64,000 bases of DNA, from positions 64,744 to 128,743 of the forward strand of contig CALGJV010000017.1 in assembly GCA_937928595.1 (NCBI GenBank), written 5' to 3'. The notes beneath the pieces are model-generated. The model saw nothing but the letters and a program-made list of their open reading frames with translations, was not told the origin of the DNA and did not search any database. This stretch comes from an uncultured Phycisphaerae bacterium. GTDB lineage: Bacteria; Planctomycetota; Phycisphaerae; UBA1845; Fen-1342. Below are positions 8,702 to 17,286 of this stretch, in pieces; position 1 is the stretch's first letter, and every line of letters begins with the position of its first letter. Both the position numbers and the translations under genes were made by a program.

Positions 8702-10111
8702 TCAGGAACTCGCCAGAAGTGCCGTCAGTTCGTCGGGGTCGGTCGGGACACCGGCCGTCAGGATTTCCGGACCCTCGGCCGTGCGCACGCAGATCGTGTG
8801 CTCGATGCGGATCCCGCCGAACCGCTCCCGCAACAGGGCGTCAACGCGGCGCCGGTCGACGACGTCGGCCAACGGCCGCACCAGTCCGTCGCAGCTCCAG
8901 ATGGCGGAGTTGAAGTAAATCCCCGGTTCGACGGTGACCGTGAAGCCCGGCTCCAGGTCGCGGTCGAATCGCAGGAACTTCGTGCCGAACTCGGTCGGGC
9001 GCGGCCGGCCGGGCGGGTAACCGGCGACGTCGCCGAAGTCGCGCATATCATGCACATCGAGGCCGATCAGGTGGCCGAGACCATGCGGGAAGAACAGGGC
9101 GTGCGCGTTGCGGGCCACCAGCTCGGCCGGATCACCTCGAAGCAGCTCGGCTGCGATCAGCCCCTCGCAGATCACACGCGCCGCCAGCTCGTGCACGTGT
9201 CGCCAGCGTGCCCCCGGGACCGCGGCCGCGGTCGCCGACTCGTTCGCACGGCGCACCGTGTCGTACAGGTGCCGCTGGATCGGCGACCACCGGCCGCCGA
9301 CGGGGACGGTGCGCGTGCAATCGCCCGCGTAGCCGCCCGGCTCCTCCGCGCCGCCGTCAATCAGGAGCAGCGCGCCTTCGACGAGCCGATTGGGGTGGCC
9401 GACGCCGTGGAAGATCTCGCCCCGGACGCTGATGATCGGCGTGAAGGACGGCTGGCACTCGTGGGCCACCAGCACGGCGTGGAACGCGGCGGCGACATCG
9501 GCTTCGCGACGCCCCGGCACGGCGACCGCGAGCGCGGCGCGGTGCGCAGCGACCGTGACCTCGGCCGCGCGGCGCATGGCCGTCAGCTCGTGCTCATCCT
9601 TCACCAGCCGCAGCTTGACGATGGCGGCCCGCTCGCCGGTGGTCGCCGGCGCCAGCTCGAGCCGGGCCGCGAGGGCCAGTGTCTCGGGCATGGGCGGAGC
9701 CAGATAAGCGGCGTCGCGGCCGGTGAGAAGCTCCGGAAGCTGGTCAGGCGCAATGAGTCGGCCGTGGTCGAGCCCGGCGGCATCGGCCAAGGCCTCGTCA
9801 GCAAGTGGCTCGCCGATCCAGATCGCGTCCTCGACCCCCCAGGTCGGCCGTACGAGCGTGCAGCCGGCGTCGCCGTCGCTGCCCGGTTCGATGACGAGGG
9901 CGGCGTTCTCCAGCGGCGGACCGCCGAAGTACAGATACGAGCTGCCGGCGCGGAACGGGTGTGCATTGCTCGGCAGGTTGCGGGCGGGGGCATGCCCGGC
10001 GAAGAGGACGAGCGGCCGGGTGAGATCGGCCGCAAGGCGCGCGCGGCGCCGGCGGTAGACGTCGGGGGGGGCGGTGAGACGCAGGGGCGATGCGGCGAAC
10101 GGCTTGGACAT
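8702..10111 (-). CDS. pepP: Xaa-Pro aminopeptidase (M24B)
   Basis: N-terminal creatinase-like domain plus a pita-bread fold with DGGAE..GYAGDCTRT, HGLGHLIGLDVHD and VTVEPGIY...GIRIEH. Confidence 0.85.
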   Translation of the reverse strand: MSKPFAASPLRLTAPPDVYRRRRARLAADLTRPLVLFAGHAPARNLPSNAHPFRAGSSYLYFGGPPLENAALVIEPGSDGDAGCTLVRPTWGVEDAIWIGEPLADEALADAAGLDHGRLIAPDQLPELLTGRDAAYLAPPMPETLALAARLELAPATTGERAAIVKLRLVKDEHELTAMRRAAEVTVAAHRAALAVAVPGRREADVAAAFHAVLVAHECQPSFTPIISVRGEIFHGVGHPNRLVEGALLLIDGGAEEPGGYAGDCTRTVPVGGRWSPIQRHLYDTVRRANESATAAAVPGARWRHVHELAARVICEGLIAAELLRGDPAELVARNAHALFFPHGLGHLIGLDVHDMRDFGDVAGYPPGRPRPTEFGTKFLRFDRDLEPGFTVTVEPGIYFNSAIWSCDGLVRPLADVVDRRRVDALLRERFGGIRIEHTICVRTAEGPEILTAGVPTDPDELTALLASS

Positions 10112-10275
10112 GGGCTACTCCCGGAGGAATGGTAGCCCACTCCGGGGCGGCGCGGAAAGAAGGACGGGTGCCAAGCCCCGCCGCCCGCTGGCGGCAGGGA
10201 GCCGAGGGAGGACACACCGCGGGGACGGGCACCCGGGAACGGCGGCGGGGCCGTGCCGTTCGCGCGCACTGCAGG

Positions 10276-11142
10276 CTAGTACTCCGCCGGAAGGTCGCGG
10301 AGTTGTGCGAACGTGAACACCGGCCCGTCCTTGCAGACGTAGAGCTTGCCGACGTTGCACCGTCCGCACTTGCCCACGCCGCACTTCATGCGGTTCTCAA
10401 GCGTAGTAAAGATGTTCTCGGGCTGAAAGCCGAGCTTGGTCAGCACGGGCAGCGTGAGCTTGATCATGATCGGCGGACCGCACACGATCGCGATCGTGTC
10501 GGCGGCGCTGGGGCCCACCTGCTCGACGACGGTCGGGACGAAGCCGACCCGGCCTTTCCAGTCGGGGGTCTGGCCGCCGGGATCGACGGTCGTGTAGAGG
10601 TTCACGTCGGGGCGGGCGTCCCACTCGGCCAGCTCGTGCTTGTAGACAAGGTCGGCGACGGTGCGCGCGCCGTAGACGATCGTGACGTCCTTGTAGCGGT
10701 CGCGGAGGTCGAGGCAGTTCCAGATCACGCAGCGCATCGGCGGCAGCGCGATGCCGCCGGCGATGAACAGCAGGTTCTTGCCGTGCCACTGCTCGATCGG
10801 AAAGATGTTCCCATACGGCCCGCGGAAGCCGATGATGTCGCCCTCATCGCGGTCGGCCAGCGCGGACGTCACACGTCCGACCTGCCGGAAGGTGCATTCG
10901 ATGTAGCCCTTGCGCGTCGGCGGCGAGGCGATGCAGAAGGTGCTCTCGCCCTCGCCGTAGACCGAGTACTCGCCGAACTGCCCGGCCTTGAAGTCGAAGG
11001 CGGCGGCGTCGGCCGGGTCGACGAACTCGAGCCGGAAGGTCTTCACCGCGGGGGCCTCGTCCGTGACCTTCGCGATGCGCATGCGGTAGGGCGTGTACAG
11101 GCTGCGGCGCGCCGGCGCCGCGGGAGCTGCGATGGTACTCAT
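10276..11142 (-). CDS. FAD/NAD(P)-binding oxidoreductase with C-terminal [2Fe-2S] (PyrK/AsrB/sulfhydrogenase-gamma type; FlxA-like)
   Basis: FRLEF...FKAGQF beta-barrel, LLFIAGGIALPP nucleotide-binding block, C-terminal CGVGKCGRCNVG. The ATG at 11142 overlaps the upstream stop (ATGA). The rest of ORF 10276..11865 is a non-coding extension. Confidence 0.8.
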   Translation of the reverse strand: MSTIAAPAAPARRSLYTPYRMRIAKVTDEAPAVKTFRLEFVDPADAAAFDFKAGQFGEYSVYGEGESTFCIASPPTRKGYIECTFRQVGRVTSALADRDEGDIIGFRGPYGNIFPIEQWHGKNLLFIAGGIALPPMRCVIWNCLDLRDRYKDVTIVYGARTVADLVYKHELAEWDARPDVNLYTTVDPGGQTPDWKGRVGFVPTVVEQVGPSAADTIAIVCGPPIMIKLTLPVLTKLGFQPENIFTTLENRMKCGVGKCGRCNVGKLYVCKDGPVFTFAQLRDLPAEY

Positions 11143-12158
11143 ACGGCCGTCTCCGCCAGTTGCTGCGCGTGCTGCGCGAGGTTCATGTCCACGGGGCAGG
11201 CGCGCGAGCACCGCCCGCAGCCCACGCACCCCAGCACGCCCAGCCGCTCGGGCTGATACGCGAACTTGTGCATGACCCGCTGCCGCCAGCGCTCGCTCTG
11301 CTTCGTGCGCGGGTTGTGGCCGGAGGCGTGCAGCGTGAACAGCGCCAGACCGCAGGAATCCCAGCACCGCAGGCGGACGCCGTGGTAGCGGTCGCGCTCG
11401 TCGGTGATGTCGAAGCAGGAGCAGGTCGGGCAGACGAAAGCGCACGCGCCACACCCCAGGCAGCGAAGCGCCTGCTCCTGCCACGCCGCCGGGTGATTGA
11501 ACAGCGCGGGCAGCTTCGCGCCGAGCTGCCGCGCGTCGAAACGCGGAGGTATCTGCGCGAGCGCCGCGTCCTTGCCGTTGCCGCGGTGCGGCTCGAGCAG
11601 CTCGCCGGCCAGCCGTGCGACGGCCTGGCCGCGCTCGGTCAGGATCTCGGCCAGGAAATGCGTCGCCCCGATCGGCGTCAGCAGAATATCGCTGCCTCGG
11701 GGATCGCCGGGGCCGCCCCCGACGGACGTGCAGAAGCAGTACGCGTCGCCCTGTGTGCAGCTCAGGCCGATGATCGTGAGATTGGCCCGCTTGCTCTCGA
11801 ACGGCAGGTCGGGCGTGTCCCACGTGAAGACGGCCTCCAGCGTCGCGAAGCTCGCGGCGTCGCACGGATGGACGCCGAACAGGACGGTCGGCGCTGCGTC
11901 CGGCGCCGGTTCGGCAACCTGCACGTCCTTGCCCTGAAGCGCGAATTGCAGCAGCGGCTCGTAGGGGGGAAAAACGGCGCTCTTGGCCGACGTGCGGGTC
12001 TGCACGTAGTCCAATGCGACCTCGTCCGGCCGCGTCACCCGCTCGAAGCCGACCCGGTCGCCGTGCCGCACGGGAGCGAGGATGCGCCGTCCGTCGGCGG
12101 CCAGCCGCTCGAACAGCGGGCCGAGGTTCTGGCGAGAGAGGATCCGTTGCTCGGTCAT
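11139..12158 (-). CDS. 4Fe-4S dicluster protein (AsrA/sulfhydrogenase-beta type; FlxB-like)
   Basis: CLGCGACAFVCPTCSC and CVGCGRCSRACP cluster motifs. The N-terminal region is typical of HydB/AsrA-like subunits. Confidence 0.75.
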   Translation of the reverse strand: MTEQRILSRQNLGPLFERLAADGRRILAPVRHGDRVGFERVTRPDEVALDYVQTRTSAKSAVFPPYEPLLQFALQGKDVQVAEPAPDAAPTVLFGVHPCDAASFATLEAVFTWDTPDLPFESKRANLTIIGLSCTQGDAYCFCTSVGGGPGDPRGSDILLTPIGATHFLAEILTERGQAVARLAGELLEPHRGNGKDAALAQIPPRFDARQLGAKLPALFNHPAAWQEQALRCLGCGACAFVCPTCSCFDITDERDRYHGVRLRCWDSCGLALFTLHASGHNPRTKQSERWRQRVMHKFAYQPERLGVLGCVGCGRCSRACPVDMNLAQHAQQLAETAV

Positions 12159-12162
12159 GACC

Positions 12163-12969
12163 TCACCGGATGTATTCCTGCTTGTCGTCGGGCTTGAAGG
12201 AGGCCAGGGCGTAATCCTTGCGGACGCTGTAGCCCGGCTCGGCGCCGAACTGCGTCCGGGCCTCCTCGGCCAGCACGTGGTTCAGCAGGTCGAGCCGGAT
12301 ACCCTCGGGGCAGGCGTCGCTGCACGAGCCGCAATCGACGCAACGGCCCGCGAGGTGCATCGCCCGCGCGATGTTCCACTCGAGATTGCCGAGCGGGTCC
12401 GATGAAACCGGAATCCACTGCGGCTGATTGGCCTCGGTGATGCACCGGGCGCAGTAGCACAGCGGGCAGGCGGCCCGACAGGCGTAGCACTTGATGCAGC
12501 GGGCGAACTCGCCGGCCCAGTAGGCCTGCCGCTCGCCGAGCGGCAGGGCGGCGATGCGGTCGAGTTCCTGCCGGTCCGCGTCGCTCAGGCCGCGGGGCAA
12601 CCGCGCGACGAGCTCCTCGATGGCGGCCAGCGTCGGCAGCTCGGTGACTGCGCCGTCGTCGGCAACGAAGAGCGCGACGACCCGGCCGTCCGCGAGTTGG
12701 TTCTCGGCCGCCAGCTGCAGCAGCGCCCGGAGCGTGCTGCGGCGCGCGACCAGCGCCAGCCTGCCGAGCGCGCGGACCTCGGGTTTCTGGAGGTAGGTCG
12801 CGAGGTTCTGCCGGCAGTGCTCGTTCCAGATCAGCCCGTCGGCCTCGGCCGCCGTCCGGACGAAGCACGGCCGGGCGCGGTCGGGCTCGGACCCCGCGGC
12901 GTAGCCCAGCACGGCCTGCACCGTGCCGGCGGCGAGCAGTTCGCGAGCGCGCTGGCGCAACGCTTCCAT
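12163..12969 (-). CDS. 4Fe-4S dicluster protein (FlxC-like)
   Basis: CIKCYACRAACPLCYC and CVDCGSCSDACP motifs. The ATG at 12969 shares one nucleotide with the mvhD stop (TGATG). The upstream part of ORF 12163..13374 is out-of-gene. Confidence 0.7.
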   Translation of the reverse strand: MEALRQRARELLAAGTVQAVLGYAAGSEPDRARPCFVRTAAEADGLIWNEHCRQNLATYLQKPEVRALGRLALVARRSTLRALLQLAAENQLADGRVVALFVADDGAVTELPTLAAIEELVARLPRGLSDADRQELDRIAALPLGERQAYWAGEFARCIKCYACRAACPLCYCARCITEANQPQWIPVSSDPLGNLEWNIARAMHLAGRCVDCGSCSDACPEGIRLDLLNHVLAEEARTQFGAEPGYSVRKDYALASFKPDDKQEYIR

Positions 12970-13430
12970 CAGGCCACCTCCGCCGGCTGCGGCCGGCCGT
13001 CGAGCCGCTTGGGGAACGCGTCGTACGGTCCCAGGGCTTGGATCTTCGTTTTCACGTCGTTGACCAGCTCGGCCCACTTCGCGCCTTCGGCGGCGGAGAC
13101 CCAAGCGAAATGCACGCGGCGGAGATCGACGCCGACGAAGTCGAGCAGGCGGCGAAACAGCGTCCAGCGCCGCCGGGCGTGGAAGTTGCCCGCGGTGTAG
13201 TGGCAGTCGCCCGGGTGGCAGCCCGAGACGATCACGCCGTCGGCGCCCTTGCCGAACGCCTGGAGCAGCAGCATGAAGTCGATGCGGCCGGTGCAGGGCA
13301 GGCGGATCAGGCGGACGTTGGGAGCGTACTTGATGCGGCTCGTGCCGGTCAGGTCCGCGCCGGCGTAGGTGCACCAGTTGCAGACGAAGGCGACGAGCTT
13401 TGGTTCGAAGGCACTCACAGCGAACTCCAT
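12969..13430 (-). CDS. mvhD: Methyl-viologen-reducing hydrogenase delta-subunit-like protein (MvhD/FlxD)
   Basis: KLVAFVCNWCTYAGAD...LPCTGRID...VIVSGCHPGDCHY is the MvhD/FlpD Cys pattern. Confidence 0.85.
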   Translation of the reverse strand: MEFAVSAFEPKLVAFVCNWCTYAGADLTGTSRIKYAPNVRLIRLPCTGRIDFMLLLQAFGKGADGVIVSGCHPGDCHYTAGNFHARRRWTLFRRLLDFVGVDLRRVHFAWVSAAEGAKWAELVNDVKTKIQALGPYDAFPKRLDGRPQPAEVA

Positions 13431-13525
13431 CCGGGGCTCGGAGGCGGAAAGCGCGAAGTGACCCGCGCCGTCGGCGTCATGCTCGTCGCCTTCCCACTTC
13501 CGATTTCGCCATTCTCAGATCACCC

Positions 13526-15517
13526 TCACAGCGCCACCAACTCCGCGAACACCTGCTCGTTCGTGAAGCCCTGGAGGTCGATCGACTTCGACCGGCACAG
13601 CGCCACGCACGTCCCGCAGCCCTGGCAGACGCCCTGGTTGACCCGCGCGACCGTCTTGAGCACGTTGCCGTTGCGGTCCTTGATCTCCTCGCGCTCGATG
13701 GCCTGGTACGGGCAGGCCGTCTCGCACAGGAAGCAGCCGACGCAGGTCGAAAACAGCGGCGGGGCCGTGCGGTTGACGACCGCCACGACCGGCTCGCGCG
13801 ACAGCTCGTCCTTCGAGAACAGCCCGATGACCTTGCTGGCGGCGCCGGACGCCTGCGCCACCGTCTCGGGGATGTCCTTGGGGGCCTGGCAGGCGCCGGC
13901 CACGAAGATGCCGGCCGTGTTCATCTCGACCGGCCGCAGCTTCGGATGCGCCTCGTTGAGGAAGCGATCGCCGTCGTAACTGATCTTCATCTTCTGGGCG
14001 AGCGCCTCGGCGTCGGGCTGCGGGACCATGGCCGTCGCGAGCACGACCAGATCGGCCGCGATCTCGACCGGGCGACTGTTGAGCAGCGTATCAACGCCCT
14101 TGACGATTAGCTTGCCGTTCTTCTCGTAGATCCGCGACACGCGGCCGCGGATGTAGCTGACCTGGTCTTCCTCGATCGCGCGGCGAACGAACTCCTCGTA
14201 CATCTTTCCGCCCGCGCGGATGTCCATGTAGAACACGTACGGCCGGCCGTGGTGCACCTTGTGCTTGTACAGCATCGCGTGTTTGGCCGTGTACATGCAG
14301 CAGATCTTCGAGCAGTAGTGCAGGCCCTTGGCGGGGTCGCGCGAGCCCGCGCAGGCGATGAAGACGACCGTTTCGGGCACCTGGCCGTCGGACGGGCGCC
14401 GGATGGCGCCGAGCGTCGGGCCGGAGGCGGACGCGAGCCGCTCGAATTGCAGCCCGGTGATGACGTCCTTGTAGCGGCCGTAGCCGTACTCGGGGAAGAA
14501 ATCGGTGCCCTTGACCTCGTAGCCGGTCGCGACGACGACGGCCCCGACCGCCACCTCGACGAGCAGGTCCTCCTGGTCGTAGCGCAGGGCCTTGGTCGGG
14601 CAGACGCGCTCGCACAGCTTGCACTTGCCGGTGCGGTAGTAGGTGCAGTGCGCCCGGTCGATGACCGGCTTGTTGGGCACGGCCTGCGGGAACGGGACGT
14701 AGATCGCGGTGCGGTGGCCGAGGTGGGCGTTGAACTCGCTGGGGATCTTCTTCGTCGGGCACTTCTGGATGCACGCCCCGCAGCCGGTGCAGGTGGCCTC
14801 GTCGATGCCGCGGGCCTTCTTGCGGATCACGGCCTTGAAGTTGCCGATGAAGCCTTCGAGGCTTTCAAGCTCGGAGTACGTATACAGCCGGATGTTCGGG
14901 TGCTGCGCCACCTCGACCATCCGCGGCGTGAGGATGCATTGCGAGCAGTCGAGCGTCGGGAAGGTCTCGGACAGCTGCGCCATGTGCCCGCCGATCGAGG
15001 CCTCGCGCTCGACCAGGACGACCGGATGCCCGGCGTTGGCGATGTCCAGCGCGGCCTGGATGCCAGCGATGCCGCCGCCCAGCACCAGCGCCGTCTTCGT
15101 GATCGGCACGTTGATCGGGAACAGCGGCCGGTTGCGCTTGACCTTCTCGACCATCACCCGCACGAGGTCGATCGCCTTCTCGGTCGTCTCGGGCAGCTTC
15201 TCGTGCACCCACGAGCAGTGCTCGCGGAGGTTGGCCATTTCGCACAGGAACGCGTTGAGCCCCGCCTCGGCGCAGGCCCGGCGGAAGGTCGGCTCGTGCA
15301 TCCGCGGCGAGCAGGCGCCCACCACGACGCCCGTGAGCTTCTTCTCCCGGATCGCCTCCTTGATGAGGTTCTGCCCCGGGTCGGAGCACATGTACTTGTA
15401 GTCCACCGCGTGCACCACCCCGGGCAGCTCGCCCGCGGCCTTCGCGACGGCGGCCGCATCGACCGTGGCGCCGATGTTCTCACCGCAGTGACAGATGAAG
15501 ACGCCGATCCGCGGCAT
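13526..15517 (-). CDS. hdrA: Heterodisulfide reductase subunit A-like flavoprotein
   Basis: Starts MPRIGVFICHCGENIG. FAD site VLGGGIAGIQAAL. Ferredoxin-type motifs CTGCGACIQKCP, CKLCERVCP, CVGCFLCETACP and CQGCGTCVALC. The 413 aa upstream in ORF 13526..16756 overlap hdrB out of frame and are rejected. Confidence 0.9.
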   Translation of the reverse strand: MPRIGVFICHCGENIGATVDAAAVAKAAGELPGVVHAVDYKYMCSDPGQNLIKEAIREKKLTGVVVGACSPRMHEPTFRRACAEAGLNAFLCEMANLREHCSWVHEKLPETTEKAIDLVRVMVEKVKRNRPLFPINVPITKTALVLGGGIAGIQAALDIANAGHPVVLVEREASIGGHMAQLSETFPTLDCSQCILTPRMVEVAQHPNIRLYTYSELESLEGFIGNFKAVIRKKARGIDEATCTGCGACIQKCPTKKIPSEFNAHLGHRTAIYVPFPQAVPNKPVIDRAHCTYYRTGKCKLCERVCPTKALRYDQEDLLVEVAVGAVVVATGYEVKGTDFFPEYGYGRYKDVITGLQFERLASASGPTLGAIRRPSDGQVPETVVFIACAGSRDPAKGLHYCSKICCMYTAKHAMLYKHKVHHGRPYVFYMDIRAGGKMYEEFVRRAIEEDQVSYIRGRVSRIYEKNGKLIVKGVDTLLNSRPVEIAADLVVLATAMVPQPDAEALAQKMKISYDGDRFLNEAHPKLRPVEMNTAGIFVAGACQAPKDIPETVAQASGAASKVIGLFSKDELSREPVVAVVNRTAPPLFSTCVGCFLCETACPYQAIEREEIKDRNGNVLKTVARVNQGVCQGCGTCVALCRSKSIDLQGFTNEQVFAELVAL

Positions 15518-15519
15518 GG

Positions 15520-16401
15520 TCAGTTTTCCTTGGGCGCGGCGGCCGGCGCGGCCGCACCGGGGGCGAAGCGCACCGGCACATGGTGCCGGTGCAGGCCGAG
15601 CGCACGCTCCGAGAGGCCGAGCGCCAGGCCGACCAGTTGCGTGATGTACAGCACGGGCAGCGCGTACGAGACGCCGCGGTGCCGCTCGATCGCCGGGCGA
15701 CGGAGATCGAGGTTCGTATGGCACAGCGGACAGGCCACGACCAGCGCTTCGGCGCCGCGCTCCGCGGCGTCGGCGACGATGCGGCCGGCCAGCTCGGCCA
15801 CCGTCGCGGTGCGGGACACGGACAGCGCCGCGCCGCAGCAGTCGATCTTGAACGCCCAGTCGAGCGGGGTCGCGCCGGCGCTGGCGACGATGGCCTCCAT
15901 TTCCTGCGGGTCCTCCGGCCGGGCGCAGGTCGTGAGGCTTGCCGGCCGGGTCAGGTAGCAGCCGTAGTAGCAGGCCACCTTCCGGAGAAACGGCACGCTG
16001 GCTTTCGCGCGGATCGTCGGAGCGGCGCGGCCGAGCACGTCGACCACGCTGACGACCTTCGTGCTGCCGACGTAGTCCAGCTCGATGATGCTCGTGATCT
16101 CCTGACGCAGCGCCTCGTTCGCGAGCAGGTCGCGCCGCGTGGCCGCGAGTCGGCTGTAGCACGCCGAGCACGGCACGAGCAGTTCGTCGAATCCGGCCCG
16201 CTCGGCCAGGGCGAGTGTGCGGGCCGGCAACGCCAGCGCGAGCTTGTGGTTGAGGCTGTGAGCGGCCGTGGCGCCGCAGCAGTTCCAGTCCGGCACCTCG
16301 CACAACTCCAGGTCCAGCAGCGGCGCGACGGCCTGAAGCGACTCGTTGTACTCGCGGGCCGAGCTCTCGAGCGAGCAGCCGGGGAAGTAGCCGAGTTTCA
16401 T
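15520..16401 (-). CDS. hdrB: Heterodisulfide reductase subunit B-like (two CCG domains)
   Basis: MKLGYFPGCS..., WNCCGA and IDCCGA CCG motifs, ACPLCH. There is a 2-nt gap to hdrA. Confidence 0.9.
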   Translation of the reverse strand: MKLGYFPGCSLESSAREYNESLQAVAPLLDLELCEVPDWNCCGATAAHSLNHKLALALPARTLALAERAGFDELLVPCSACYSRLAATRRDLLANEALRQEITSIIELDYVGSTKVVSVVDVLGRAAPTIRAKASVPFLRKVACYYGCYLTRPASLTTCARPEDPQEMEAIVASAGATPLDWAFKIDCCGAALSVSRTATVAELAGRIVADAAERGAEALVVACPLCHTNLDLRRPAIERHRGVSYALPVLYITQLVGLALGLSERALGLHRHHVPVRFAPGAAAPAAAPKEN

Positions 16402-16991
16402 GCGTGATCCGCCTTGTTCTCGGGGGCCGCGGCATCGCAGCGGTCGAAGATGCGGCGGACGGCGTCGGTGTCCGCGACCTTGTGCGGCCGGAGACTGAGC
16501 TTGCCGCGCTGAAGGAGTTGCGGTGTGAGCAGGACGTCCTGGAGCAGGTGGCCGGTCTTGAGCTTGTAAGAGGCGACCAGCCCGACCTCGTGCAGCCGAC
16601 CGCCCTTGCGGACGGAGGCGAGCAGCGACTCGTAGAACGCCAAGATGTCCTTGGCTTTCGGATGGACGAGGCCCCGCCGCCGCGACTCCTGCCGCAGGTG
16701 GTCCATGATCTTCGGGATATCGACCTCCTGCGGGCAGCGCGCTGCGCAGGTTTCACAGGTCAGGCACAGCCAAATCGACAGCGCCCGCAGGGCCTCTTCC
16801 TCCATCTCGGGCAGGTTGAGCTGGAGCAGCCGCAGAATCTGGTTGGGGGTGTAGTCCATCTCGGCCGCGAGCGGGCAGCCGGCCGCACACTTGCCGCACT
16901 GGTAACACTGGAAAACGGACTCACCCGTGGCCTCGCGCACACGCTCGGGAAACGTCGGGGCGTGCGGCGCGGCGTGAGACGCACTGGACAT
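16398..16991 (-). CDS. hdrC: Heterodisulfide reductase subunit C-like
   Basis: CYQCGKCAAGCP and CLTCETCAARCP motifs. It overlaps hdrB by 4 nt. Confidence 0.85.
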   Translation of the reverse strand: MSSASHAAPHAPTFPERVREATGESVFQCYQCGKCAAGCPLAAEMDYTPNQILRLLQLNLPEMEEEALRALSIWLCLTCETCAARCPQEVDIPKIMDHLRQESRRRGLVHPKAKDILAFYESLLASVRKGGRLHEVGLVASYKLKTGHLLQDVLLTPQLLQRGKLSLRPHKVADTDAVRRIFDRCDAAAPENKADHA

Positions 16992-17286
16992 GCAGTTTCT
17001 CCGCGAAGTCGGCCGCGACGGGCCCGGCCCAGCTTCACGGAGTAGCGTCGCGGCCGACGAACAGCCGGCGAAGCGGCCTCGTCACACGGCGAGAGAGCAA
17101 ACGGTGTGCCACGACCACACCGCGCCGGTGATATGCAACTGTTTTTGTCCCATGGGATTGCGCGCGGCGGGGCCCCCCGGTCGGCAGGTCCGCGGCACGG
17201 CGAAAACCCGCACCACTGCGCGTTTCCGCGCGCATCTCAGACCGAAGTGGTCGTACAATCCGGCCGCGCTCCGGAGCAACGATCAC

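Noticed and set aside
11143-11865. Upstream extension of the FlxA-like ORF (10276..11865). Similar extensions occur at 12970..13374, 50207..52153 (upstream of 51448), 33788..34594, 46101..46253 and 47026..47175
   Set aside because: These extensions overlap the well-supported upstream genes out of frame and have junk-like composition. The internal ATG or GTG starts chosen give canonical protein N-termini and typical 1-4 nt operon overlaps.
15518-16756. 413-aa N-terminal extension of the hdrA ORF (ORF 13526..16756, 1076 aa)
   Set aside because: The extension overlaps hdrB and hdrC in another frame and is Arg/Pro/Gly-rich. HdrA homologues begin at MPRIGVFICHCGENIG, which coincides with the ATG at 15517, 2 nt after the hdrB stop.
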